64,000 bases of DNA, taken from contig JANOYW010000028.1 in the NCBI GenBank assembly GCA_031429075.1, positions 14,205 to 78,204 of the forward strand, read 5' to 3'. Below, piece by piece: positions 36,746 through 47,184 of the stretch. Source of the stretch: Bdellovibrionales bacterium (GTDB taxonomy: Bacteria > Bdellovibrionota > Bdellovibrionia > Bdellovibrionales > JAGQZY01). Positions within the stretch are counted from its first letter, which is position 1. Every line of letters begins with the position of its first letter. The translations under genes were made by a program, and so were the position numbers. The notes beneath the pieces were generated by a model. It did not search any database, was not told the origin of the DNA, and saw only the letters and a list, made by a program, of their open reading frames with translations.

Positions 36746-39388
36746 TTATGTAAAACTCTTCTTAGGTCGAGACCCTGGCTCAGAAGGGCCCACAACCGAG
36801 AGCGCAAACGGCTGCGAAAACAGCTTTTTTGCCAGGCTTTGCACGTCGTGACTGTTTACTGCGCGCACTTTAGATTCATAATTGTAAATCTCCTCATAGG
36901 AAAGCCCGTAGATTTCATTAAATGCTATGGACGAAGCCACCGAGGAATTTTTTTGCAAACCAATGTCGTGACCTCCGATGAGATAATTTTGCGCTCTTTG
37001 TAATTCGTCTTCGGAAATGGCTGTGTTGACCATTTTTTGTAGCTCGTCTTGCATCATCGCAATGGCGGTGTCCACTTTTCCTGGAGAACATCCAATATAA
37101 GTTGCAAAGTAGCCAGCTCCCAAACCTTCCATTTTCATTGGCGACACGCTGTATGCAAGCGATGCTTTGTCGCGCAATTCAATAAACAAACGCCCACCCT
37201 GTCCAGAGAGCACAGCTTCTAAAACCTGTAATGTGTAGCGATCTGGAGAATCCAGCGTCAGCCCCTGTACGCCGCAAATAATGTGCGATTGCTCTTTATC
37301 TAGTTTTTCAAAATGGTAAAGATTTTCGGTGAGGGCCTGAGCACCGTGGAGTTTTGCTACTACTTTTTGCTCACTGTTTTGTAATTTTGCAAGCACTTGC
37401 TTCCAACCGTGCAAATCAAAATCGCCAGAAACCGAGGCCACCGCCCCTGAAGGGTGGATGATTTGTTTTAAATACTGCTCAACATCCTTGGCCGTGATCC
37501 GCGCGAGAGTTTCGTCGCTACCGAGCGGATCTATGGCATAGGGGTGACCTTGAAAAATCATTTTCTGAAACCATTGGACGGCGATGGTTGCCGGAGAATC
37601 CTTGCGCGAGCGCAAAGTTTCTAAAATGGATATTTTTTCACGCTCCAAAATCGAAGTTTGAACATCAAAACCCACCAGAACGTCTTCAAAAAGGGACGTC
37701 AGCGATGATTCAAACTCCGAAAGTCCGTCAACGACGAGTCCGAGAGTGTTTCGACCAGAGTAGGAATACAAACTGCTTGCCATACCATCCGTGAGCTCGC
37801 GAAGTTTTTGCTCAGAATGTTTTTTGGTTTGCGAACTCCAAATTCGCCCCGCAAGCTCTGCCAGGCCAGCCATATTTTCTGGGACCGCTTGCGCTCCACC
37901 TAAAAACGCAAGACGCAAATTGTAGATCGGTGTTTCGAGGGACTTCCGCGAAAAAAGGCGCAGTCCGTTGGGCAGTGATTGTGACTCTACCTTTGAAACA
38001 GCACCGGTCGCGCGCGGCGCTGCCCGCTTTTGATTTTGGCTGCTTCCGTTATTAGCCACAGGGGTTTGCGGGCAAGTGAACGTCCATGCTGTAAAAAGTT
38101 TTTCGACTTTTTCTTTTTCTGCAGGCACCATGGCGGTCATCAAGATAACTTTTGGGTTGAGATATTTTCTTGCCACACTCAACACATCTTCTTTTGTGAC
38201 GCCAGCTAAGGACTGATGAAATTTTTCGTGAAATAGCAAATCTTCCACCGCTTCGAAATTTCCGCCATATTTTCTGGCCAGGCCACCTACTGTTTCCATG
38301 GTGTAGGCTTCTTCGGATAAAAAATTAATCTTTGCTTTGTCGAGCTCCTCTTGAAGAGCACCTTTTTCGAGGAACTCGTTGAGACAGCTTTGAATTTCGC
38401 CAAAAGCGAGCTCCAGGTGTTTGGGGTTAAGACTTCCAGAAATAGAAACAAAGCCCTCTGCCTGTGACGGCGCCCACAAACCTGCACCGATGGAGTTCAC
38501 TAAATTTTGCTGCATGCGCAGTTTTCGATATAAACGAGAACTGGCCCCCTGCCCCAAGATCAGCACCATACATTCGAGGGCTGCTAAATCACTGTGTTGG
38601 ATCTGAATACCTGGCCAGGCAATGTAAAACACCGCTTCCTCGAATTTGGATTCTTCGACAAAGATTTTTTTGGAACTGATTTTTGCGGGCGCTATTCGTT
38701 CGGGTTTTTGAGTTGCGCTTTTGCTCACATCGCTGGTCATTTCCTTCACATCTGACTGAAACGTTGCTGCCTCAAAGTCACCAGTTACGACAAGAAACAT
38801 GTTATTGGCCACGTAGCGTTCGGCAAAAAACGAGCGCAGCCTCTCTACGGGGACATCTTGAATGTTTTTTTCGTAGCCGATCACCGGCACTGAATACGGA
38901 TGGCCTGCATAAAATTGTTCAAAGAGGTTTCTACTGGCCCGGCGACCAAGACTGTCGTGACTGCGTTTGATTTCTTCGATCACCACTTCGCGCTCACGGT
39001 CCACTTCTCCAGGATCAAAAGTAGGCGTGGACACCATGTCGGCGATGATTTGTAGGGCTTCTTTGTAAAAATGTTTCGAAATGGTGATGTAGTAGACTGT
39101 TTGGTCAAACGACGTGTAGGCGTTGATTTCTCCGCCGCAAGCCTCCACTCGAGCTGCAATCTCTCCGGCTTTAAAGCTTTTTGTCCCTTTAAATACAAGA
39201 TGTTCGATAAAATGACTAAGGCCCTCGTCGCCCTTGCGCTCGTCGGCACTACCATTGCGGGTCCAAATTTGCACCGATACGACCGGCGACTTATGGCTTT
39301 CGACTCCAATGACCTTAAGACCTCTAGACGTTGTAAATTCATGAATCATTGGTATATTCCCCGTTCTATGTTTGGGTTGTATCTTCAC
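36746..39388 (-). CDS. M16-family zinc peptidase (tandem pitrilysin-like halves)
   Basis: Inverted zinc motif HFIEHLVFKGT in the first half. A second M16-like repeat follows in the C-terminal half. Alternative ATG start at 39349 (MIHEFTTSRGLKV). Confidence 0.85.
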   Translation of the reverse strand: MKIQPKHRTGNIPMIHEFTTSRGLKVIGVESHKSPVVSVQIWTRNGSADERKGDEGLSHFIEHLVFKGTKSFKAGEIAARVEACGGEINAYTSFDQTVYYITISKHFYKEALQIIADMVSTPTFDPGEVDREREVVIEEIKRSHDSLGRRASRNLFEQFYAGHPYSVPVIGYEKNIQDVPVERLRSFFAERYVANNMFLVVTGDFEAATFQSDVKEMTSDVSKSATQKPERIAPAKISSKKIFVEESKFEEAVFYIAWPGIQIQHSDLAALECMVLILGQGASSRLYRKLRMQQNLVNSIGAGLWAPSQAEGFVSISGSLNPKHLELAFGEIQSCLNEFLEKGALQEELDKAKINFLSEEAYTMETVGGLARKYGGNFEAVEDLLFHEKFHQSLAGVTKEDVLSVARKYLNPKVILMTAMVPAEKEKVEKLFTAWTFTCPQTPVANNGSSQNQKRAAPRATGAVSKVESQSLPNGLRLFSRKSLETPIYNLRLAFLGGAQAVPENMAGLAELAGRIWSSQTKKHSEQKLRELTDGMASSLYSYSGRNTLGLVVDGLSEFESSLTSLFEDVLVGFDVQTSILEREKISILETLRSRKDSPATIAVQWFQKMIFQGHPYAIDPLGSDETLARITAKDVEQYLKQIIHPSGAVASVSGDFDLHGWKQVLAKLQNSEQKVVAKLHGAQALTENLYHFEKLDKEQSHIICGVQGLTLDSPDRYTLQVLEAVLSGQGGRLFIELRDKASLAYSVSPMKMEGLGAGYFATYIGCSPGKVDTAIAMMQDELQKMVNTAISEDELQRAQNYLIGGHDIGLQKNSSVASSIAFNEIYGLSYEEIYNYESKVRAVNSHDVQSLAKKLFSQPFALSVVGPSEPGSRPKKSFT

Positions 39389-40516
39389 ATTCCGTACTGC
39401 TTACAGCGCTGTCGCTACTGTGACTTCGCCACTTATGTTCACGATCAAATTTTACCCCCAGAAGATTATGTTTTGTTGCTCAAAAAAGAGCTTTTAGCAA
39501 AAACCCGACTATTCCCTTCCAAAAAGTTACGTTCTATTTACTTTGGCGGCGGAACACCGAGTCTTCTGGAGACTTCTCTCATTCTATCCTTGCTCGACGA
39601 GATTGCAAAGTGTGGCTTAGAAATTTCTCAAGAAACTGAAATTACTTTGGAGATCAACCCGGCAACTCTTGAACGCAATAAAATTACCCGCCTCATCGAG
39701 GGCGGTGTGAATCGCTTTTCAGTAGGAGCACAAACATTTAACGAGGACCTCTTGCGAGACGCTGGGCGCAAACACAGCAGCTCTGACACTCGCCAGACCT
39801 TAGACTTGTTAGCGGGGCGCGGAATCAATTACAGTTTTGATTTACTTTTCGCATTGCCCAAGCAAACGCTGAGTATGCTTGAAGACGATCTGGCAATTAT
39901 TCAATCTTATTCACCCCCCCATCTCAGTGCCTATTGCTTGACTGTTCCGGAGGGGCACCCCATGTCGTTTCAGCGAGCCTCCGATGAGCGTCAGGTGGAA
40001 ATGTTTCAGCTGATTGAAGATCGCTTATTGAGCGAAGGTATTCTTCGTTATGAAATCTCGAATTTTGCCAAAAAAGGGTTTGAATCAAAGCACAATCTTC
40101 TCTACTGGCAAGACGAGGAATATCTGGGGATTGGCCTCAGTGCCCATTCCTATCTTAAACAAAAATCACCTTGGGGCGTTCGCTTTTGGAATCCCTCAAG
40201 CATCGAGAAGTACCAAGAAACGATTCACCAGCTTTCTGGAGATTATTTGCAGACGCTGGAGAGCATGGATTGCTTAGAGTCTCCCGACGAAAAAGATTCT
40301 CTGTTTGATTATTGTCATACGTCTTTGCGTCTCGAAGAAGGGCTCAGCGAAGAAAATCTTTTGAAAAAGTTTTCTAAAATTTCCGCTAAACCCGTATTGG
40401 GCGAGCTTGAAACATTGCAAAAAAATGCTTTGCTGATTCGCCAGCAAACGGGTCGCTGGGTTTTGACTGAAAAGGGGCGCCACATGAGCAATTACGTGTT
40501 TTCGTGTCTACGTTGA
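39368..40516 (+). CDS. hemW: Radical SAM heme chaperone HemW (HemN-like, oxygen-independent coproporphyrinogen oxidase family)
   Basis: LYLHIPYCLQRCRYCDFAT, YFGGGTPS, SVGAQTF and a HemN_C-like C-terminus. Alternative start at 39341; the longest ORF (39071) runs antisense through the peptidase gene and was trimmed. Confidence 0.85.
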   Translation: MFGLYLHIPYCLQRCRYCDFATYVHDQILPPEDYVLLLKKELLAKTRLFPSKKLRSIYFGGGTPSLLETSLILSLLDEIAKCGLEISQETEITLEINPATLERNKITRLIEGGVNRFSVGAQTFNEDLLRDAGRKHSSSDTRQTLDLLAGRGINYSFDLLFALPKQTLSMLEDDLAIIQSYSPPHLSAYCLTVPEGHPMSFQRASDERQVEMFQLIEDRLLSEGILRYEISNFAKKGFESKHNLLYWQDEEYLGIGLSAHSYLKQKSPWGVRFWNPSSIEKYQETIHQLSGDYLQTLESMDCLESPDEKDSLFDYCHTSLRLEEGLSEENLLKKFSKISAKPVLGELETLQKNALLIRQQTGRWVLTEKGRHMSNYVFSCLR

Positions 40517-40561
40517 CAACCCAGTATTGGGCCTCATAATGTAGGCAAACAAAGGAATCCC

Positions 40562-41098
40562 ATGAGCGACGAGACAGAACAAAACGATGAAAAAACTGAC
40601 GTGAACGTCGACTTTCGCGAAGACTCCGAACAAAGTGGAGCTCTCTCGGAAGATGCGTTGCGTGAAGATTTGACCAAAGCGAAAAATGAATACCTCTACC
40701 TTCGCGCCGAATTTGATAATTATCGACGGCAAGCGACGAAAGAACGCTCTGATCTTATCCGTTTTGCTGGCGAACGGCTCGCAAAGGATTTACTGGATAC
40801 CTTGGATATTTTCGACTCCGCTCTCGCAGCAGAAGTGACAGAAGCCAATTTCAAAAATTTTGTTTCTGGAATTGAACTCACCGCCCAGCAGCTTCGTTCT
40901 ACTCTAGCCAGACATCAAATCAATGAACTCCCCAGCCAAGGCGTTTTGTTTGACCCTAATTTACATGAAGCTTTAAGTTCTGAGGTGACGAGCGCTGTTC
41001 CTCCGGGACATATTTCACGGGTTTTTAAAAAGGCGTACAAATTTCACGATAAAATTATACGCCCTGCTCAGGTGGTTGTGGCCAAAGAAAAAGAGTAA
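40562..41098 (+). CDS. grpE: Nucleotide exchange factor GrpE
   Basis: [35 protein letters not shown]-type C-terminus. Confidence 0.92.
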   Translation: MSDETEQNDEKTDVNVDFREDSEQSGALSEDALREDLTKAKNEYLYLRAEFDNYRRQATKERSDLIRFAGERLAKDLLDTLDIFDSALAAEVTEANFKNFVSGIELTAQQLRSTLARHQINELPSQGVLFDPNLHEALSSEVTSAVPPGHISRVFKKAYKFHDKIIRPAQVVVAKEKE

Positions 41099-41103
41099 GT
41101 GGA

Positions 41104-41940
41104 ATGTCGCCTAAAAATTATTACGAAATTTTAGGCCTTTCGCACGAAGCCTCCGCTGACGAAATTAAAAAAGCGTTTCGGAAATTAGCTCTCAAGCTTC
41201 ACCCTGATAAAAATCAAAATGATCCTATTTCTGAAAATAAATTTAAAGAAGTCACTTCGGCCTATTCGGTTCTATCGGATCCGTTTAAAAAGCGCGATTA
41301 TGATCGAGTTCACTTTCCGCCGAAGACCGTTAAAAAACCAATACCTCGACCTGCGCCACCGACCGCATCATCTGCGGCGGCTAAAAGAGCCACTTCGATT
41401 GGCAGAAATTTAATTTATCATCTCAACTTGACCCTTGAAGAAGCCTTTTCGGGTTGTGAAAAAAATATATCGTATGTTCGCGTCGCGCACGGGAAAAGGA
41501 CCACTTCGCAAGTTGGCGTATCTATTCCTCGCGGGATCCGACAGGAAAAAAAACTGCGGATTCGCGGCGCAGGGGAGTCCCAAACCGCTCAACAAGTCCC
41601 GGGTGATCTCGTGGTCCATATTCACATCCTTCCACATGCGAAGTTTTCGCTGGATGAAAATGATGTTTTTCTGCGGACGTCGCTTTCTCTTTATGATCTC
41701 CTATTGGGTGACCCTATCGAAGTCGCAACGCTGCACGGTCCTGCGCACGTCGTGCCACCTCGTTTTGATGAATTTGGGGCTCTAAGCCTGCAAATCGCAC
41801 AAAAGGGATTCCAAATTGCCGAAAATGCGAACACCTACGGTGATCAATATGTGCGTTTTACAGTTGATGTCCCTCAGAGTTTGGATGAAAATCAAAAAGA
41901 AAAACTTCGCCAAATAAAGCGACACTCGGAGAAAAAATGA
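41104..41940 (+). CDS. J-domain co-chaperone lacking a zinc finger (CbpA/DnaJ class II-like)
   Basis: J domain [33 protein letters not shown]. The C-terminal beta domains have no CxxCxGxG repeats. Confidence 0.8.
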   Translation: MSPKNYYEILGLSHEASADEIKKAFRKLALKLHPDKNQNDPISENKFKEVTSAYSVLSDPFKKRDYDRVHFPPKTVKKPIPRPAPPTASSAAAKRATSIGRNLIYHLNLTLEEAFSGCEKNISYVRVAHGKRTTSQVGVSIPRGIRQEKKLRIRGAGESQTAQQVPGDLVVHIHILPHAKFSLDENDVFLRTSLSLYDLLLGDPIEVATLHGPAHVVPPRFDEFGALSLQIAQKGFQIAENANTYGDQYVRFTVDVPQSLDENQKEKLRQIKRHSEKK

Positions 41941-43892
41941 TACGTCCTTTTGTGCTGATTCCTTTGCTTTTTTTAGCTCTCATCGGGTGCCAAACTACAA
42001 CCTACGTTGAAGAAAACAAAACTGTTTCTCAGCCCTCTTCCGCCAGTGTACAAAAAACCTATCAAGATGCGCTTCAGTACTTTGATCACGGTCAAGATGA
42101 ACAGGCTACGAATCTGCTCAAACAAATGTTGAAAAAAGATTCCCCGAATGATCTCACGGATGATGCGCTCTTACTTTTAGGACGAATTGATTTTCGCAAA
42201 AGACAGTACTCCTCGGCCTATAAGTATTTTGATCAGGTTTTTAATTCCACTTTTCAAAGCCCGCGCGAAAACGAAGCGCGAATTTTCGCTGTGCAGTGTC
42301 TTCTCGCTCAGGACCAGCAAGAAGCGGCGGAAAAACTCATTCGCAGCTCTTTGGGACAACCCTCTTTAACCAGCAAAGAAAAAGCATATCTCTTAGAGGC
42401 TCAACTTCCGCTATTATTAAAACGCGATTCTCAACTGGAAACTTTTGAAGCCCTCGCGTTTTTGGCACAAAACCATCCCAATACAAACTCTCGAGAAAAA
42501 TATCGCGACCTCGCAAAAAACTTTATCGATTCACGTCTTAAATCGACTGAGCTTAAAGAGCTTTCGGAAGACTCTGAACTTGGCGACTTTCGCGCGGAAG
42601 CTATGTTTAAGTACGGTTTGGCGATGGTCTCGGAAAACAGACTCGACACCGCGAAAACATACTTCTCTCGCGTTATCAGTGTTGCTCCCAACTCCTACCT
42701 AGCCCAACAGTCCGAAAGCATGTTGAAGCAACTCGATGCTCGGGCCTTTGTAGAGACCAAAACAATTGGTGCGATTTTGCCAATGTCTGGCCCCTACGCG
42801 CAAATTGGCGAACAAACGCTTCGCGGACTGCAATTAGCTCTTGGAATATCCGGTTCTCAAAGTCGATTTAATATTCGACTTGTTGTGCAGGATTCTCTAT
42901 CCACACCTGAAGACTCTTCGAAGGCTGTGGAGAAACTTGTTCTCACAGATCACGTTATCGCAATTGTTGGCGGACTCTCTGCAAAAACTGTGGTGGCAGA
43001 AGCTACCAAGGCTCAGGAGTTGGGCGTTCCTTTTTTAGCCATGTCGCAAAAATCCGATCTCACTAAAATTGGCCCTTTTGTGTACTCCACCTCTCTGACG
43101 CCTCGACTTCAGGTGGATGCCCTTGTTAGTTATTCTATGGAGAAACTTAAACACCGACGTTTTGCTATCATTTATCCAAATGATCGTTACGGTGTAGAAT
43201 ACGCCAATATCTTTTGGGACGTGGTGACTTCACGTGGTGGCAAAATTACTTCGGCGCAAACTTATGCTCCGGGCGAGACTGATTTTAAAGCCCACATAAA
43301 AAAAATGGTGGGAACTTACTATCTAGAAGATCGACACCAAGAGTATCAAGACCTTTTGCGGGACTGGAAAAAGAAAAACACCAACAAGCGTAAACAACCT
43401 CCAGAAACCTTACTCCCTCCTATCGTGAATTTTGAATCTTTATTCATACCGGATGGACCAAAGGCGCTGGGGCAAATTGCGCCCATGCTTTCCTTTAATG
43501 ATGTGAACAGTATTCAGCTATTGGGCACAAATCTTTGGAGCTCGCCAGATTTTATTCAGAGAGCGCAAAATTTTGTTGAGAAGTCCGTTTTAGTCGACAC
43601 CCATCTTCCAAATTCCCCCGAATATTTAAACTCCGACTTTTACCAATCCTTCCGTCAGGCCTACAAGGACCGACCCGGAAGTTTTGCTTTACAGGGCTTT
43701 GATTCCGGCCGCCTCGCCCTTGCTGTGTTAAAAGATGGTCCGCGCAATCGCGTAGATTTTTTACGTTTACTTTCATCGGCAAACCAAGTGGCTGGCGCCT
43801 TGTCTCCACTGAAAGTTTCTTCGGACCGCGAAGTGCAAAGACAACTTGTTTTAATGGCCGTCAAAAAAAATCAGTTTGTTCCTGCGGAGTAA
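41937..43892 (+). CDS. Lipoprotein with N-terminal TPR region and C-terminal type-I periplasmic-binding-protein fold (LpoA/LppC-like architecture)
   Basis: Lipobox LALIGC. TPR-like helices in aa 40-260. Then [26 protein letters not shown]...IVGGLSAKT, typical of LivJ/LpoA_C-type domains. Confidence 0.5.
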   Translation: MIRPFVLIPLLFLALIGCQTTTYVEENKTVSQPSSASVQKTYQDALQYFDHGQDEQATNLLKQMLKKDSPNDLTDDALLLLGRIDFRKRQYSSAYKYFDQVFNSTFQSPRENEARIFAVQCLLAQDQQEAAEKLIRSSLGQPSLTSKEKAYLLEAQLPLLLKRDSQLETFEALAFLAQNHPNTNSREKYRDLAKNFIDSRLKSTELKELSEDSELGDFRAEAMFKYGLAMVSENRLDTAKTYFSRVISVAPNSYLAQQSESMLKQLDARAFVETKTIGAILPMSGPYAQIGEQTLRGLQLALGISGSQSRFNIRLVVQDSLSTPEDSSKAVEKLVLTDHVIAIVGGLSAKTVVAEATKAQELGVPFLAMSQKSDLTKIGPFVYSTSLTPRLQVDALVSYSMEKLKHRRFAIIYPNDRYGVEYANIFWDVVTSRGGKITSAQTYAPGETDFKAHIKKMVGTYYLEDRHQEYQDLLRDWKKKNTNKRKQPPETLLPPIVNFESLFIPDGPKALGQIAPMLSFNDVNSIQLLGTNLWSSPDFIQRAQNFVEKSVLVDTHLPNSPEYLNSDFYQSFRQAYKDRPGSFALQGFDSGRLALAVLKDGPRNRVDFLRLLSSANQVAGALSPLKVSSDREVQRQLVLMAVKKNQFVPAE

Positions 43893-44034
43893 AAGTTTTA
43901 GTCGCTTTTTGCAACATCGCCTGATTCGAGACGATTTTACTAGCTACTGCTCCAGTTGAGTTTTTGACACTGCGGTTTTTTCCGCTAAATCCAGACCTTT
44001 ACTGCCTCTTTTTTTGTAAAGGCAGGATTTTATT

Positions 44035-44099
44035 TCTCCGAAGAGTTATCAAAGACACAACAAGAATCTTGTGGCTGTTGTTGCCTGAAGATTCGGAGG
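44035..44099 (+). promoter_or_regulatory. Possible anti-SD/SD pairing in the lon 5' leader
   Basis: UCUCCGAA (44035-44042) can pair with UUCGGAGG (44092-44099), which contains the lon SD (7 Watson-Crick pairs plus 1 G-U). The lon ATG is at 44105. Confidence 0.3.
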
Positions 44100-44104
44100 A
44101 ATGA

Positions 44105-46495
44105 ATGGATCAAAACAATTTGAATATCCCTGAAATGCTGCCGATGCTCCCTGTTCGAGACATAGTGATTTTTCCATATATGATCATTCCCTTGTTTGTC
44201 GGACGCGAAGCTTCTATCCAGGCCGTCGAAGAGAGTCTGAGTAAAAATCGCCTGATCTTCTTGGCTTCACAAAAAGAGTTCAACGAAGAAACTCCAAACC
44301 CAGAAACTATTTACAAAACTGGAACCGTCGCAATGATTATGCGCATGCGCAAACTTGCTGATGGCCGAGTTAAAATTTTAATTCAAGGTATCAGTAAAGC
44401 TCGAGTGACTTCGTACACTCAGAACGAGCCTTTCTTTAAAGTTGCCATTGAAAAGATCGATGACACTTTTACTCCTTCAGAAACGCTACAACCACAGGTT
44501 GAAGAGCTAATTAAGAATGCAAAAGAGCATCTCGAGAAAATTATTGCTCTTGGCAAAATGCTTTCTCCAGATATTCTTCTGGTTCTTGACGACATCCAAG
44601 AGCCTGGCCGTATCGCCGACCTCATCGCTAGCAATCTAGGGTTAAAAGTCTCCGATGCACAAGGCATTCTTGAAACGACAGATCATGTAGACAGACTGAA
44701 GCAAGTTGTAAATTTACTCGTATCTGAACTCGAAACGCTGCAGGTTCAATCGAAAGTCCGTTCCACAGCTAAAGACGAAATGTCTAAGTCGCAAAGAGAG
44801 TATTTTTTGCGCGAACAAATGAAAGCTATAAAGAACGAGCTTGGCGAACAAGACAGTAAAGGTGACGACCTCGAAGAGGTTCGAAAAAAGCTCCTCGCGG
44901 CACAAATGCCGCCAGAAACCGAAAAAGAAGCACTTAAACAACTTGGTCGACTTGAGCGCATGCATCCAGACGCCAGTGAAGCATCTATGCTTCGTACGTA
45001 TTTAGATTGGATGACTGATCTTCCGTGGAATAAATCTTCTGAAGATTCCATCGATTTAAAGTCTGCTAAAGAGATTTTAGAAACTGATCACTTTGGCCTC
45101 GAAAAAGCCAAAGACCGCATTATGGAATTTTTAGCTGTTAGAAAACTAAAGCAAACGGTCAAGGGGCCCATCCTTTGTTTTGCAGGTCCTCCTGGAGTAG
45201 GTAAAACCTCTCTAGGTAAGAGCATTGCTAAGGCTATGGGGCGGAAATACCATAGAATTTCTTTGGGTGGAGTTAAAGACGAAGCAGAGATTCGTGGCCA
45301 CAGAAGAACTTACGTGGGTGCAATGCCTGGAAAAGTGATTCAAGCACTCAAACAGTGCGGAACTCGAAATCCGGTGTTTGTTCTCGATGAGATCGATAAA
45401 CTTGGAAGTGACTTCCGAGGTGATCCGAGTGCAGCGATGCTTGAGGTGTTAGACCCAGAGCAAAATGCTACCTTCCGCGATAACTATCTAAATGTAGATT
45501 TTGATTTAAGTAATGTATTGTTTATTGCCACTGCGAACGTTCTTGAAAACATACCTCCCGCTCTCCGCGATCGTATGGAAGTGATTCATCTTTCTGGTTA
45601 CACAGAAAACGAAAAGCTTTCTATCACAACAGATCATGTTGTTAGCAAGCAGTTGGAAAACAACGGTATCACCGAAGAACAGTGTCGCTTTACTAATGAG
45701 GCACTTGCTTACCTGATCGCGCACTACACTCGCGAAGCGGGATTGCGTAATCTCGAAAGAGAAGTAGGCTCGATTTGCCGTAAAGTTGCAAAAATGATCG
45801 TCATGGGTGATTTAAAATCCGTAACGATCACTAAAGAAAAAGTCATCGATTACCTTGGTGCTCCTCGCTACCTAAAAGAGGATCGCCTCGAAGAAGACAC
45901 TGTTGGTGTGTGCACCGGGCTTGCCTGGACACAAGCTGGTGGACAAGTTCTGTACGTTGAAGCTCTTGGAATGAAGGGCAAAGGCGGATTGACTCTTACA
46001 GGTCAGATGGGCGATGTGATGAAAGAATCTGCCACGGCAGCACTTTCCTATGCGCGAGCTCATGCTGAACAACTGGGAATTGAAGACAATTGGTTTGATA
46101 CTAATAATATTCACATCCACTTACCTGCTGGCGCTGTTCCAAAAGACGGTCCTTCTGCTGGTATCACAATGGCCACGGCCATTATTGGTCTGATTACACA
46201 AATCCCAACTCGCAAAGATGTAGCGATGACGGGCGAAGTGACTCTGACTGGACGTGTATTACCGATTGGTGGGGTTAAAGAGAAGTGCCTTGCGGCCTAT
46301 AACCACGGAGTAAAAACTGTGATTCTACCCATGGCGAACCAAAAGGACATTTCAGATATTCCAGATGAAATTCGCAATAAGATGAGCTTTATCTTTGTAG
46401 AACACCTTGATGAAGTCCTGCACATTGCTCTCAATCAAGAGAATAAGAAGTCTGCTTCTCCGCGCAAGAAAAAGCACAAAGAAGTAGCTGCGTAG
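44105..46495 (+). CDS. lon: ATP-dependent protease Lon
   Basis: [15 protein letters not shown], Walker [10 protein letters not shown], catalytic [12 protein letters not shown] and [19 protein letters not shown]. Confidence 0.97.
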   Translation: MDQNNLNIPEMLPMLPVRDIVIFPYMIIPLFVGREASIQAVEESLSKNRLIFLASQKEFNEETPNPETIYKTGTVAMIMRMRKLADGRVKILIQGISKARVTSYTQNEPFFKVAIEKIDDTFTPSETLQPQVEELIKNAKEHLEKIIALGKMLSPDILLVLDDIQEPGRIADLIASNLGLKVSDAQGILETTDHVDRLKQVVNLLVSELETLQVQSKVRSTAKDEMSKSQREYFLREQMKAIKNELGEQDSKGDDLEEVRKKLLAAQMPPETEKEALKQLGRLERMHPDASEASMLRTYLDWMTDLPWNKSSEDSIDLKSAKEILETDHFGLEKAKDRIMEFLAVRKLKQTVKGPILCFAGPPGVGKTSLGKSIAKAMGRKYHRISLGGVKDEAEIRGHRRTYVGAMPGKVIQALKQCGTRNPVFVLDEIDKLGSDFRGDPSAAMLEVLDPEQNATFRDNYLNVDFDLSNVLFIATANVLENIPPALRDRMEVIHLSGYTENEKLSITTDHVVSKQLENNGITEEQCRFTNEALAYLIAHYTREAGLRNLEREVGSICRKVAKMIVMGDLKSVTITKEKVIDYLGAPRYLKEDRLEEDTVGVCTGLAWTQAGGQVLYVEALGMKGKGGLTLTGQMGDVMKESATAALSYARAHAEQLGIEDNWFDTNNIHIHLPAGAVPKDGPSAGITMATAIIGLITQIPTRKDVAMTGEVTLTGRVLPIGGVKEKCLAAYNHGVKTVILPMANQKDISDIPDEIRNKMSFIFVEHLDEVLHIALNQENKKSASPRKKKHKEVAA

Positions 46496-46536
46496 TTTAT
46501 GAAATAACGGGTTGTCTTGAACAACCCTAAAAAAAT

Positions 46537-46560
46537 AAAGGCCACTTCCTGGTGGCCTTT
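46537..46560. terminator. Bidirectional-type terminator hairpin between lon and the convergent HTH gene
   Basis: 9-bp stem AAAGGCCAC/GTGGCCTTT with a 6-nt loop, and an A-run on the plus side (a T-run for the minus-strand gene). A second 7-bp hairpin GGGTTGT/ACAACCC lies at 46509-46527. Confidence 0.55.
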
Positions 46561-46637
46561 ATCGGAGAACGATGACGCTTAAATAAGAGATTCCCTCTAT
46601 TTGGGACGGGCGATGGATCTCTCTTGTTTTTTCACCG

Positions 46638-47012
46638 TTATTCTCCTCCGTGAATGCGACTATTTTCTTTTTCCAAAATCATTACCAAAGTTTTTAAATC
46701 AGAAACCTGCTGCTTAAGTTGTAGGATTTGATCCTCTTTGCTTTGCAAAGAATCCAAGTAAGCGCGCTTTAATTCGTCCAATAAAAGCTTTGTTGTCAGA
46801 ATCGGATCGCTGGAAGACACGGATGGGCGCGTGTAGTTCATTATGACTTCGGACTGTTCCATGCCTACTCGTGGCTGACCATCCTCTTGAATAAGGTACT
46901 TACCGTCTTCGAGCTTAAACTGGATCTTGTGCGACTTAATACGACGGCGGAGAGTCGATACACTGATGTCGTGCTTAATTGCATAGTCATTCAGTGGTAT
47001 CCAAGTGCTCAT
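46638..47012 (-). CDS. Small HTH DNA-binding protein with C-terminal coiled coil
   Basis: N-terminal LNDYAIKHDISVSTLRRRIKSHKI (excisionase/MerR-like HTH). C-terminal heptad-like LQSKEDQILQLKQQVSDLKTLVMILEKEN. Confidence 0.45.
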   Translation of the reverse strand: MSTWIPLNDYAIKHDISVSTLRRRIKSHKIQFKLEDGKYLIQEDGQPRVGMEQSEVIMNYTRPSVSSSDPILTTKLLLDELKRAYLDSLQSKEDQILQLKQQVSDLKTLVMILEKENSRIHGGE

Positions 47013-47112
47013 TGCGTCGTCTCCATAACTGACTCCTTCGTCAACTGACTACTCAAGGTTAGCACATCATCTTTTCGTGTAAATGCTTATTTTGTTCGCT
47101 TTTCTGCCTGTT

Positions 47113-47128
47113 CACTGGCTAGCCAGTG
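47113..47128. promoter_or_regulatory. Perfect 16-bp palindrome in the divergent HTH/patatin intergenic region (candidate operator)
   Basis: CACTGGCTAGCCAGTG is its own reverse complement. It lies 57 nt upstream of the patatin ATG and 101 nt upstream of the HTH gene ATG. Confidence 0.4.
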
Positions 47129-47184
47129 CCTATTCATTCAACAAGTGTTTGATTTTATTGATTTTTCTCTGCTATGCTCGACCT

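Noticed and set aside
46585-46632. A third possible hairpin (AGAGAT...ATCTCT plus a T-run) in the lon 3' region, considered as a candidate 3'-UTR sRNA.
   Set aside because: The stem is only 6 bp with a loop of about 25 nt. That is too weak to call without folding or expression data.
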